A stretch of DNA of 59,262 nt from Bacteroidota bacterium (GTDB taxonomy: Bacteria; Bacteroidota; Bacteroidia; J057), in the NCBI GenBank assembly GCA_039026975.1, contig JBCCLI010000001.1, forward strand, positions 1 through 59,262. The letters are read 5' to 3'. Under the pieces are notes generated by a model. That model saw nothing but the letters and a program-made list of their open reading frames with translations, was not told the DNA's origin and did no database searches. Both the position numbers and the translations under genes were made by a program. The stretch's first letter is position 1. The number at the start of each line of letters is the position of its first letter. This document shows positions 46,097 to 55,281 of this stretch, one piece after another.

Positions 46097-48997
46097 TTAC
46101 CTAGGGGTTAAGACAAATTTATCCAGCAGTATGCCTGAAGAGCTACAAGAGAAAGTTAGGGTAAACCCGTGCGGGTCTATCCCATCGAGTTCCATGGAAT
46201 AGGTAGTAGCAGATGGAAACCCATTTTCATCTAAGCCTTGGTTACTCCTTTTGAGGGTGAATTTCCCCACTTCTTTCCCGTCTTGGAGAACGCGAATATT
46301 TCCTCCCCTTTTCTCTTCATTAGCCACTGCCAAGGTTAAGATAGCCTTTCCGGAATTAAAGCTACGCCCAGGAATAGTATAGGATACGGTAGCCTTAGCC
46401 GTTTCAGCTTTTACAAAAGTGGTAAAGCTTCTAAAGTCAAGCTTCTCCCCATCCTTTACCGTTACCCGCTTCATATCTGTTGCTGCTTCATACACTTCTG
46501 CTTCATAGGCCATTTCTGCTTTCCAATTTACAGGATGCCCCGTTTCATGCCAGCTATCCAATTGCCAGAAGGTGGGTGTGGTTGAATCTGTCAAATCCAG
46601 CATATACACGCTTCCCTGCTTCCTGACTTCCATAGTCATTTCTTCTCCCAAAAATGAGATGATAATATTTTTCCTGACTGCTACATTATCCGCTGTATTT
46701 GAATTAGGGTTAATACTACAGGCAATGGCATACAGTTCTTTTTCCTCATGCTTCCTAATAGTCACCACTACCCTGGGGTCTCCTGCCCAATACCTGAAAA
46801 TGGGATTTCCCTCTTCATCTGTCAGCAGGTGCCCCTCTTTCAGAATGTCTTCATAATAAGAGGAGATAGCCTGCGCATAGGCAGGGGTGGAGAGCTGCCA
46901 GGTATAATTGCGTGGATCTGGATAGTATTTCCCTATAGATTCATTAAAAAAGCCAACGTAAAAAAACTCTGATCCTATAACAGACAGGTTCTTTAACAAA
47001 CCCAGCCATTGGGAAGGCCTGATATTTTTAGAAGAGTCTTTAGACCAGCCAGCTGCTATAAATGGGGAACATACTGGGTCGCCGGCCAGTATTTCCACTT
47101 TTCTGGTCTTCTCCATCCAGTTCCACCCATGCCAAGGCCCCGCGCCTGTCTCCCAAAATTTAGGCTCACGAGGGTAGAAATCCGTAGTAGAGTAATACTT
47201 CCCGTTTATCTTAGTCAATATCTTTTTAGCTTCATTCCAGTAAAACCGATTATTAGGGGTATCTCCTCCGTCAATTCCGTACCAAGTGAAGGTAGTTTTA
47301 TACGACTTAGGCACAGCAGAAAGAAACTGATCACTATACAATTTTCTGAGGGAAGTCTTTTTGTAGGCCTGGTATGCATCCCAATTCTCATAGGACAATT
47401 TGACTTTCTCCTTTACCACTGTTGGGTCCATGGCTAATACCTCTCCTCTTATGGGATAGGGGGATACTTCCCCATTCTCATTAATAAAGTTTAGGGGTCT
47501 GGTAAGCTTTTTCAGGATACTCTCTATGTACAATTTCTGAGCTTTTCCGTCCTTCTTTAATAAAGTAGCCTTGGCAGCAGGACTAATGTACTTGAGGTCT
47601 GGATTTACCACTCCATTTTTAGCTAAAAATTCTCCATCTACCGTCTTTAAGTAGTAGTCTTCCGGTAAGTCTTTCCGCATGACGTAGGGAGTAGGGATTT
47701 CTTCCCCTATATCTGATAACCTAGTCTGAGGCCATAAAGTAGTAAGCCCTAAGGGAATATCAGGATATTTATTGGCAAGGTCTATCCAGTTTTTAAGAAA
47801 GCGATCATCCCTTTCCAGCTCTGCGGGATTCCTCGCAACTACACTATTCCCCAGATCCAACAGATAATTCCAGTGTAATGCCATCTCCTCTTGTATAGAG
47901 TAAGAGATAGGCACTGCCTTAGATTTTCCTATTTCTTCCCTAAAAAGGCCTGATAAATAGGAATAGCTAATCCAGCTGTAGAGCCTGTGCATCTGATGTC
48001 CGCTAGCATACCTAGGTAGTGGATATCCTTTCAGCTGCGCTAGTGGCTCCATTTCCGAAGAGAAAATAGAAGCTGGATATTCACTATTTACAGGCTCTAA
48101 ACTCCTTACCGCCTGGGAGAAAGGCCCCTCCTGATTCCGCTTTTTGATTCTCCTAACTTCATATCCATAGCGTTGGTTATTAAACCTAAAGGTTAGTGGG
48201 GTATTCTCCCAGAACTGGATATAATGCTGGAGGTGAATATCTTCATCTACAAACCTGTCAAATAGGACAATTTCATCTATGTCCCCTATGAAGCCTTCTG
48301 AGCTTCCAGCCTGATGTCCCAGAATCAGCTGGCTACTACATCTGGAATCTCTGCAGATCCGTTCGCCTTTTTTATCTATCCGGGTGGAAAATCCTTCAGG
48401 TACCTCCCCATCTACCCATACCTCTTTTAAGCCGGATTTAGCATCATACTTAAATACGAGATGATGCCATTCATTATCCAGAAAATACTCATAGCTATTT
48501 TTCCCAGCCCCATCCAGGGGAATGTACATATTGTGGGCCCACATCTGTCCCTCCTCATCTAACACCCTGGTGCTGAACTGTAGACTGTTTGTGCGTAGGT
48601 GTGTGTATAGGCTATAATCTGTAGCGGAGAATAACCTACAGTTAGGGTTAAAGTCGGTTCTGGGAAGCCTAAAAAAGAAGGATAGGGTAAGACCGTCTCT
48701 GTTCATACCAGAGTCCATTAGGTAGTTATCCGAACTTTCCCGGTTCAGCCGAAGAAATTTCCGTTGGCTATTAGCTATTTCACCCTTAGGAACTCGTACA
48801 TCCTGATAAGTAGGAGCCTCCGCCTGTTCTTCCGCTACCAGGGAGGTCCTAAATCTGGAATTTACTTCATTCACTACGTCATATCTAACGTCTTCCTCCT
48901 CAAAGTTCCAATAGGCTACAGGTGTCTGGGCCTGTAAGGAGAGCACTCCTCTCAGAACCCATAGAAAACCAAATGCTATGAGATGTTTCTGTTTCAT
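46097..48997 (-). CDS. secreted 966-aa protein: N-terminal LamG/concanavalin-like domain, unassigned central ~550-600 aa, C-terminal CBM-like beta-sandwich
   Basis: Signal peptide MKQKHLIAFGFLWVLRGVLSLQAQ. The LamG-type ending is ...WHHLVFKYD...VWVDGE...GFIGDIDEIVLFDRFV. The central region has no motif I recognise. The C-terminal ~130 aa is beta-rich (…TVSYTIPG…ILTLAV…IRVLQDGKEVGKFTL…FTLTFS…LLDKFVLTP). Confidence 0.6.
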   Translation of the reverse strand: MKQKHLIAFGFLWVLRGVLSLQAQTPVAYWNFEEEDVRYDVVNEVNSRFRTSLVAEEQAEAPTYQDVRVPKGEIANSQRKFLRLNRESSDNYLMDSGMNRDGLTLSFFFRLPRTDFNPNCRLFSATDYSLYTHLRTNSLQFSTRVLDEEGQMWAHNMYIPLDGAGKNSYEYFLDNEWHHLVFKYDAKSGLKEVWVDGEVPEGFSTRIDKKGERICRDSRCSSQLILGHQAGSSEGFIGDIDEIVLFDRFVDEDIHLQHYIQFWENTPLTFRFNNQRYGYEVRRIKKRNQEGPFSQAVRSLEPVNSEYPASIFSSEMEPLAQLKGYPLPRYASGHQMHRLYSWISYSYLSGLFREEIGKSKAVPISYSIQEEMALHWNYLLDLGNSVVARNPAELERDDRFLKNWIDLANKYPDIPLGLTTLWPQTRLSDIGEEIPTPYVMRKDLPEDYYLKTVDGEFLAKNGVVNPDLKYISPAAKATLLKKDGKAQKLYIESILKKLTRPLNFINENGEVSPYPIRGEVLAMDPTVVKEKVKLSYENWDAYQAYKKTSLRKLYSDQFLSAVPKSYKTTFTWYGIDGGDTPNNRFYWNEAKKILTKINGKYYSTTDFYPREPKFWETGAGPWHGWNWMEKTRKVEILAGDPVCSPFIAAGWSKDSSKNIRPSQWLGLLKNLSVIGSEFFYVGFFNESIGKYYPDPRNYTWQLSTPAYAQAISSYYEDILKEGHLLTDEEGNPIFRYWAGDPRVVVTIRKHEEKELYAIACSINPNSNTADNVAVRKNIIISFLGEEMTMEVRKQGSVYMLDLTDSTTPTFWQLDSWHETGHPVNWKAEMAYEAEVYEAATDMKRVTVKDGEKLDFRSFTTFVKAETAKATVSYTIPGRSFNSGKAILTLAVANEEKRGGNIRVLQDGKEVGKFTLKRSNQGLDENGFPSATTYSMELDGIDPHGFTLTFSCSSSGILLDKFVLTPR

Positions 48998-49007
48998 TGT
49001 AGATTTC

Positions 49008-49931
49008 TCACATAATCTTTAGTTTATAGATCCCCTTCCCTGCCCATACATGCTCTGCAAACTCTTTGTAGGTGGGGAAGCTACTGACGAGCGCCTCTTC
49101 TAAGGCTAAACTCGCACATAAGTCATAAAATTTCTCACGGTAAGCAGTAATCTTCTTGAGGGTCTCCTCTCTTATCAGGTAAGGGTCAAGCTGCCTGTAG
49201 CTCATTTCCTGTACCCCTTCATTAACAGCCGCAGGATGGTCCTTCACCTTAATCACGAATCTGTCATCAAAGAAAAAATCTCTTCCCCCCACAGAAGGAG
49301 TGGTTACTATAGGGAGTCCAGTCAGTAAATATTCCATAGAAGCCCACATGGCTCCCTCCTTTTTAGATAATGCCAGTCCACAATCACTCTGATTAAGGAT
49401 ATGACTTACTTCTATGGAAGGAATTCTTTCTTTATTAAAGCAGGCATGTTTAATTCTAGGCTCAAACCCATACAGGTCCCAGAAGCCATTTTCATCTCGT
49501 ATATCAGGCCAGAAGTAAGTAACGATAAACAACCTCTCAACTTTTTCCGCCAGATGTATGCGCTTGTACTTCTTAGCTGCAGCTATATACACTGCTTCGT
49601 ACTTTTTTTCCAGCTCAGGTCTTATGGTGAAATTGTGTTCACAAGCATGAATATTTTGATTAATAAGGTAGGATCTGAATCCAAAGGACTTCGCGAATTG
49701 ATACTCTTCCTGACTATTATGCAGGAGAATCATATCAATACCATTCTTTTTTAGCTGCCGAGAAAGTTTATGGTATAACCTCAAACTGGTCCATGAGAAT
49801 TGCCACATAGGATGAACGAGTAAATAAGCTTTCCCTGAGCCTGGATTTTTGAGCTTCGGCCAGTTCGCAATCCCGGTAGAGGCCAGAATGAGTGGCTGAT
49901 CAGAAAGCTTATATACTTCGTTAATTTTCAT
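49008..49931 (-). CDS. hypothetical protein, possibly a divergent GT-B-type glycosyltransferase (CgeB/Glyco_trans_1_2-like C-terminal half)
   Basis: 307 aa; ...LALSKKEGAMWASMEYLLTGLPIVTTPSVGGRDFFF... resembles the E-x7-E nucleotide-sugar-binding region of GT-B enzymes. The N-terminal half is unassigned. Confidence 0.4.
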   Translation of the reverse strand: MKINEVYKLSDQPLILASTGIANWPKLKNPGSGKAYLLVHPMWQFSWTSLRLYHKLSRQLKKNGIDMILLHNSQEEYQFAKSFGFRSYLINQNIHACEHNFTIRPELEKKYEAVYIAAAKKYKRIHLAEKVERLFIVTYFWPDIRDENGFWDLYGFEPRIKHACFNKERIPSIEVSHILNQSDCGLALSKKEGAMWASMEYLLTGLPIVTTPSVGGRDFFFDDRFVIKVKDHPAAVNEGVQEMSYRQLDPYLIREETLKKITAYREKFYDLCASLALEEALVSSFPTYKEFAEHVWAGKGIYKLKIM

Positions 49932-49954
49932 GACAAACTAGTCCCTGCTACTTT

Positions 49955-51106
49955 CTAAGCGATGAAGATGGGTAAACGAGAAAGATAAAAGTCCACAATT
50001 CTGGTAGCTGCCTGTCCATCTCCATAAGGATTAATGGCTGTACTCATCTGTCTATAAGCATGAGCATCCTCCAGTAGTTCCTTTACTGAGGAGAATATCT
50101 TTTCCTGATCAGTCCCTACCAGCCGGACTGTTCCTGCGCTTACAGCCTCGGGCCTTTCAGTAGTTTCCCGCATGACCAGTACGGGCTTCCCTAAGCCAGG
50201 TGCCTCTTCCTGTACCCCCCCACTATCAGTCAACACCAAATAACTCTTATTCATCAAATACACAAAGGGGAGATACCCTAAGGGGGGCAGTAAGTAAATA
50301 TTGCTGTGATGCGTAAGCTTATCATAGACTACACCCTGCACATTAGGATTCAGGTGAACGGGATACACAAAATCCACCTCCGGAAAATGATCTGCTAATT
50401 GGATGATGGCCTCACATATGTTCTGAAACCCCCCACCAAAATTCTCTCTCCTATGCCCTGTAATTAACACCATCTCACGCTCTTTACGGGGTTCAAAGCC
50501 GAGCCCTTTAAGTTGATTTTCTACGCCTGTAGCTAACCCCTCTTCTGCTAATTTTTTCACTACCCATTGTAGAGAATCTATGACTGTATTTCCGGTCACA
50601 TGTATGGCGTCATCTTGATAGCCTTCCTTCAGCAGATTTTGTCTGGCTGATTCAGTGGGAGCAAAATGGATATCTGTCAAAACGCCCGTCAGCTTTCTAT
50701 TAGCTTCTTCGGGATAGGGAGCCATTAAGTTTCCAGTCCGTAATCCAGCTTCTACATGGCACACCTTGATCTGTTGGTAAAAAGCAGCCAGGGAACTAGC
50801 CATAGTAGTAGTAGTATCTCCATGCACAAATACGTGATCAGGTTTGTAGGTGGATAGCACCTCTTTTAAGCCTAAAAGGATTCTGGAGGTCACCTCATAC
50901 AGGCTTTGGTTAGCCTTCATGATATCCAGGTCAAAGTCAGGTTGGATGTCAAATAGTTCGAGTACCTGATCTAGCATCTCTCTGTGCTGTGCCGTCACAC
51001 ATACCTTACATACTACCTCTGGTGCATGGGTTTCAAAGGCTTTTACCAGGGAAACCATTTTGATGGCTTCTGGTCTTGTCCCGAATATGATCAATACTTT
51101 CTTCAT
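49955..51106 (-). CDS. wecB: UDP-N-acetylglucosamine 2-epimerase (non-hydrolysing)
   Basis: [63 protein letters not shown]. The ATG at 51106 is preferred over 51127. Confidence 0.9.
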   Translation of the reverse strand: MKKVLIIFGTRPEAIKMVSLVKAFETHAPEVVCKVCVTAQHREMLDQVLELFDIQPDFDLDIMKANQSLYEVTSRILLGLKEVLSTYKPDHVFVHGDTTTTMASSLAAFYQQIKVCHVEAGLRTGNLMAPYPEEANRKLTGVLTDIHFAPTESARQNLLKEGYQDDAIHVTGNTVIDSLQWVVKKLAEEGLATGVENQLKGLGFEPRKEREMVLITGHRRENFGGGFQNICEAIIQLADHFPEVDFVYPVHLNPNVQGVVYDKLTHHSNIYLLPPLGYLPFVYLMNKSYLVLTDSGGVQEEAPGLGKPVLVMRETTERPEAVSAGTVRLVGTDQEKIFSSVKELLEDAHAYRQMSTAINPYGDGQAATRIVDFYLSRLPIFIA

Positions 51107-51116
51107 AGACGTACTA

Positions 51117-52265
51117 CTAAAGGGCAATTAACTTTTGCCAGTCAGACTTGAAGTAGGCTTTGGTGAAATACGTTTGCGCGAGTTGGTGGTGGCGTGTCTT
51201 TTGGTCATAAGAGGTGCTGGGAAAGGTCAGGCCGTACTCCCCTTTATTCCCTTCAAGCACTTTCCCACATTCATGTGCCTTTACAAAAGCCGAATAGTCC
51301 CCTACCCAGGGAGAAATCAGCACTTGTAATCCGCTAGCGAGGTATTCTCCAAATTTCGTGGGGGCGGCTACCTCATTCGTAACTGATTTCTCTCGGATCA
51401 ATATTCCATAATCACTGAGTTGGAGGTGGTGAACCACCTCATCATAAGGAAGCCATTTTTGGATTATCCTGTCAGGGTAGGTCTGTACCGTTTTCATAGT
51501 AGAGGCATCTGACCGGGATAGTAGGAGTAGCTTGGCTTGTTTATTCTCCCTAAACCAGTGATATAAGTAGGTGTCAAACATCTCAAAAGACTGCCACTGG
51601 GCAGAAGAACCTGCATACACAAAGATGATATCCTCTCTCTGGAAACCGTATGTCTCCCTCAGGGCTACTAGCTCCTCTTTTTCAGGAAAGGGTTGTTGAA
51701 ATTTCTTACTGATGGTACAGGGGACTACTATATGGCCTTCCCCTTCATATGCATAGGTAGCTTCAAACCAGCTAACCATTTTTTGGGAAACCGCTCTCCT
51801 AAAATCTGACTGATGGATAGCTTTCTCCTCAAGCCCTGAAATGGTTCTTTTCATATGTTCACTGGGTACTACCTCATACTCATTCCACTCTGCACTTACG
51901 GCCCCTTCACTATCATAGACCATGGTCTTCACCAGGCCTATTTTCTTTAACATCAAGGCTAAGTTAGCAGCCAAGGGACTTAGGGCCATTACTTTACTCC
52001 TTCCCAGAAATGGCCATATGAGGAGAAGCGTAACTATATTCCACTTCCAAGAGCCCATAAATGGGAGCATGGGGAGGAAGTGCGCATCTTTATAGGCAGC
52101 TTTCCTACTAGCTCTTTGTGCAAAAAAGTTTCGGACTGATAGAAATCCAATGATGCGGACAGGTTGGTTCAGCTCATCATTCAGGTAAGAACATACCTCT
52201 ACTACGTATGACCTGTAAATCCCTTCAGACTGATTTCCAAAAATCAGATATACCATGATGTGCAT
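51117..52265 (-). CDS. hypothetical protein, probably a divergent GT-B-type glycosyltransferase
   Basis: 382 aa; the C-terminal ...[33 protein letters not shown]... resembles the GT4 E-x7-E region. No other motif recognised. Confidence 0.45.
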   Translation of the reverse strand: MHIMVYLIFGNQSEGIYRSYVVEVCSYLNDELNQPVRIIGFLSVRNFFAQRASRKAAYKDAHFLPMLPFMGSWKWNIVTLLLIWPFLGRSKVMALSPLAANLALMLKKIGLVKTMVYDSEGAVSAEWNEYEVVPSEHMKRTISGLEEKAIHQSDFRRAVSQKMVSWFEATYAYEGEGHIVVPCTISKKFQQPFPEKEELVALRETYGFQREDIIFVYAGSSAQWQSFEMFDTYLYHWFRENKQAKLLLLSRSDASTMKTVQTYPDRIIQKWLPYDEVVHHLQLSDYGILIREKSVTNEVAAPTKFGEYLASGLQVLISPWVGDYSAFVKAHECGKVLEGNKGEYGLTFPSTSYDQKTRHHQLAQTYFTKAYFKSDWQKLIAL

Positions 52266-53422
52266 TAGACATTTACCATAGCCCCTTCTTCCAGAATCTC
52301 CTGATAGTAGGTCTTCAGATGGTGCATATGGCGGTTATATTCAAACTTTTCTGCTATTCTTTCTCTATTCTCAGCCTTGTATCCCCAACTCATTACCTCT
52401 TTCATCCCCTGATAAAAGGCTTCTATGGCTTTTTCTTCTGTGAGAATACCGTGAACGCCTTCTTCTACGAGTTCGGGTATCCCTGCATGACGGGTAGAAA
52501 CTACGGGTAATTCCATAGCCATGGCCTCCATGAGCGCGTTAGGAATCCCTTCTGTCCAGCCATTAACCGTAATGCTGTGGAGGACATAGGCATCTGCTTC
52601 TTCCAGTAAGTCTCTTACCTGCTTGGGAGATACCCATCCAGGGAATTCTACCTCTTCTCTGAACCCGTAGGATTCCGCTAACCTCTTCATTGGCTCCAAA
52701 TCAGGACCTCCTCCCGCTAATACCAGTTTACAACTTCCTTCCGGTAACTCCTGAACCAGCCTGCGGAAGGCTTTTAATGTAAATACATGCCCTTTTCTTT
52801 CTTCAAAGTGAGAAACCTGCAGAAAGATAAAGGGGGATTGGTGGTCTTTATATTGCTTCCTACTAAACAGATCCAGCTTAGTGCCTGAGTATAAAATTAA
52901 ATGCTTCCCTATGGGAATCTCTACCGCCTCCAGTCTACGTTTTAGAAACTCACAAACAAAGGTGGGAAAGACGTTCTCTCTTGCTAACAGCTCTTTCAAC
53001 TTCTCTACATAGGTTTTCCTAGTTAAGAAATAAGAGGCATCATGCCCACGGAAAGAGACCACAGTAGGGATATCCTTTCTCTCCAGGTTATCCATAAACC
53101 TCAATGCCTCATACCCAAAATGACAGTGGATCACATCAGGCTGAAAATCCTCCACTATCTGATTAATGCGACTGGAGTAGGCCGTATTCTTAAAGAATAA
53201 ACCCCAGTCATAAATCTCTGCCCACCACCTGAGCTTACGAAGGAGCCTATTTACTTTGTAAGGAACTACTTCTACTTCCTCAAAGGGAAAAAGCGAAGGA
53301 TTTACCCTTTCTATGCAGACATACTTCACCCGAAAGTCTTGAGCAAGTCCTAGCACTTCATTATAAATGAAGGTAGTAGTATTGCCACCAAAACGGTCCG
53401 AGTAAACTAATATTTTCTGCAT
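52265..53422 (-). CDS. glycosyltransferase family 4 (WcaL-like)
   Basis: MQKILVYSDRFGGNTTTFIYNEV..., FLQVSHFEERKG, NGWTEGIPNALMEAMAMELPVVSTRHAGIPELV. The ATG at 53422 is preferred; the ORF-track extension to 53584 has no family-like sequence. Confidence 0.85.
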   Translation of the reverse strand: MQKILVYSDRFGGNTTTFIYNEVLGLAQDFRVKYVCIERVNPSLFPFEEVEVVPYKVNRLLRKLRWWAEIYDWGLFFKNTAYSSRINQIVEDFQPDVIHCHFGYEALRFMDNLERKDIPTVVSFRGHDASYFLTRKTYVEKLKELLARENVFPTFVCEFLKRRLEAVEIPIGKHLILYSGTKLDLFSRKQYKDHQSPFIFLQVSHFEERKGHVFTLKAFRRLVQELPEGSCKLVLAGGGPDLEPMKRLAESYGFREEVEFPGWVSPKQVRDLLEEADAYVLHSITVNGWTEGIPNALMEAMAMELPVVSTRHAGIPELVEEGVHGILTEEKAIEAFYQGMKEVMSWGYKAENRERIAEKFEYNRHMHHLKTYYQEILEEGAMVNV

Positions 53423-53649
53423 AGGGTATATTCGTAAAATTATCAGATTGGATTTACTTTCTCCTTCCAATAGACCCTTAATCCTAACTTGCCTTTTTTG
53501 AGAAAATGACTTCAAGTAGCCTTGCTCCCTGCTATTTCTCTGACAAAGAAGGGGCCAAACTTCGCGACCATACTTGTGGGCCATATGACCTCATCCTTTA
53601 TACTTACTTCTCTTGCTAGGATACCATAGTCCCCCCAAAACAGCCTTCC

Positions 53650-54546
53650 TTATAGCCTTATCCAGTCTGCTGGTGTAATGTGCTGATTATCTCTATCTTT
53701 TGCTTGATACCATACTTTAGGCGCTATCACTATTTTCTGTGGGTGATTTCCTTTCCATGCCCCCCACCATGAAAAGGTACTATTAGAAATGAGAAAATGG
53801 TTACAGCTACTCATTAGCTGCATGTCATACTTATGTGCCTTGTCCAGCTTCACTGGGTATTCTACTAATTCAAATGGGTGGCCCACTTCTAATTCTTTCC
53901 TACACCATGCTATGTCATCAGAGAATACCCATAAGCTAATATCTCCAAGCTTTTCCAGTAGGAGTGCTACTCCCTTTCTATAGTAACTCATGGGCTGGGA
54001 ACCTAACACCTTACTAAAGTGAGAATTAGAGACGTAATCTCCTCTCCTTACGTGCAGGGCTATTGAATTAGGGGAGGCTTGAATTTTCCTGAGAATGGTC
54101 TGTATATGGTCATTCTCCGGTAGGTGAAAGCTGAATTCCTCCCTGAGTTCAGTTTCTATTCCTTCAAAGTATCTTGGGGACTGGAAATTCCCTACCAGGC
54201 AGGTTTCATCTGCTAGCTGCAGCAGCTCGGGGTCATATCCTATTGTGGGCTCTAGGTAGACGTTAGGAGGGGCAATAAGGGTGGATAGCTTAGCTTGAAC
54301 TTTCTCCAGTAAGGAAGTCCTGGGAGGGTGAAATCGTGCTATCTCATGGGAAGTGGCTAGGGCCGCTTTGATGGTAAAATCTTCTAGCTCATATTCCCGA
54401 AAAACTCTATTTTCTAGAGGGGTTCTATCCAGTAAGAGGCTTAGATCAAGTTTCAGCTCAGTTTCCCATCTGCTAGCCAGTGCCCTGCCAGCGGCATACT
54501 GGAACATCTGGTTCCCAAGTCCTCCCATGAGTCTGAGCATAATCAT
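53650..54546 (-). CDS. glycosyltransferase family 11 (alpha-1,2-fucosyltransferase-like), copy 1
   Basis: LMGGLGNQMFQYAAGRALA, IALHVRRGDY, ISNSTFSWWGAW; 298 aa. Confidence 0.85.
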   Translation of the reverse strand: MIMLRLMGGLGNQMFQYAAGRALASRWETELKLDLSLLLDRTPLENRVFREYELEDFTIKAALATSHEIARFHPPRTSLLEKVQAKLSTLIAPPNVYLEPTIGYDPELLQLADETCLVGNFQSPRYFEGIETELREEFSFHLPENDHIQTILRKIQASPNSIALHVRRGDYVSNSHFSKVLGSQPMSYYRKGVALLLEKLGDISLWVFSDDIAWCRKELEVGHPFELVEYPVKLDKAHKYDMQLMSSCNHFLISNSTFSWWGAWKGNHPQKIVIAPKVWYQAKDRDNQHITPADWIRL

Positions 54547-54549
54547 ATG

Positions 54550-55281
54550 CTAGGCTTTTATCAGCTTCCAGTTTTCCCATACAAAGGGATACTGATAGGT
54601 TAACTCATGCGTAAAGGATAACTTTTCTTGTATGGCTTCCATCCTCTCCCTGGCATCAGGAAAGAAATCATGGAACTGAATCTGAAGGTTACTGATCTTA
54701 TACACCCATCCGTTGGCTAGAATTTCTTCTAGCAGTTCATACTCTCCTCCTTCAATGTTAATCTTGATTAGGTCTATCTCTCGGGTCTGTAGCTCTGCTG
54801 CTGTTCTTGAGAATGAGCGAAGATTAGCTATGATCGTTTCTTTATTCTGCCATTCATATGCCTGCTTGGTCTTAAGAATAGTAGAACTTTCTGCCATAGC
54901 ACTAAACTCTACCTCCTTATCCATAGCCGATAAGCCGTAAGGATGGATCTGGATATGCGGATTAGCTGAAAAGCGATCTTCCAATGCCCTTATGAAGTCT
55001 TCTACTGGCTCAAACACATGTATCTTACATCCATAGCGGGCAGATATTTCTGCGGCCCAGTCACCCACGTACCCACCTACGTCCCAGACTTCTGCTTCTG
55101 GAGATAAAGGATAGTCCACCCTTAGGGTTTGGTCTCCTTTCTGCTGGTACCACTTGTCTAAAGCCTCTTTATGCACAGGAACTGCTCCGGGTATCATTTT
55201 TTGGGATAGGCGAATCAGGAATTGACTGATGTAATGAAACAAGGACCCGATTTTACGAATACTTATAGCGATGATTTTCAT
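54550..55281 (-). CDS. FkbM family methyltransferase, copy 1
   Basis: VWDVGGYVGDWAAEI (SAM motif I), HVFEPV, PYGLS, IDLIKINIEGGEYELLEEI; 243 aa. Confidence 0.75.
   Translation of the reverse strand: MKIIAISIRKIGSLFHYISQFLIRLSQKMIPGAVPVHKEALDKWYQQKGDQTLRVDYPLSPEAEVWDVGGYVGDWAAEISARYGCKIHVFEPVEDFIRALEDRFSANPHIQIHPYGLSAMDKEVEFSAMAESSTILKTKQAYEWQNKETIIANLRSFSRTAAELQTREIDLIKINIEGGEYELLEEILANGWVYKISNLQIQFHDFFPDARERMEAIQEKLSFTHELTYQYPFVWENWKLIKA

Noticed and set aside
47009-47437. 142-aa plus-strand ORF, and similar ORFs at 49401-49754, 46572-46856, 18835-19191, 24392-24862 and 17072-17435.
   Set aside because: All lie antisense within long ORFs that carry clear family motifs, and they have low-complexity or odd composition. 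They are typical shadow ORFs.
53423-53584. N-terminal 54-codon extension of the GT4 ORF (MAHKYGREVW...).
   Set aside because: The GT4 family N-terminus starts at MQKILVYSDRFGG, and the extension has no hydrophobic or conserved character. It is treated as non-coding.
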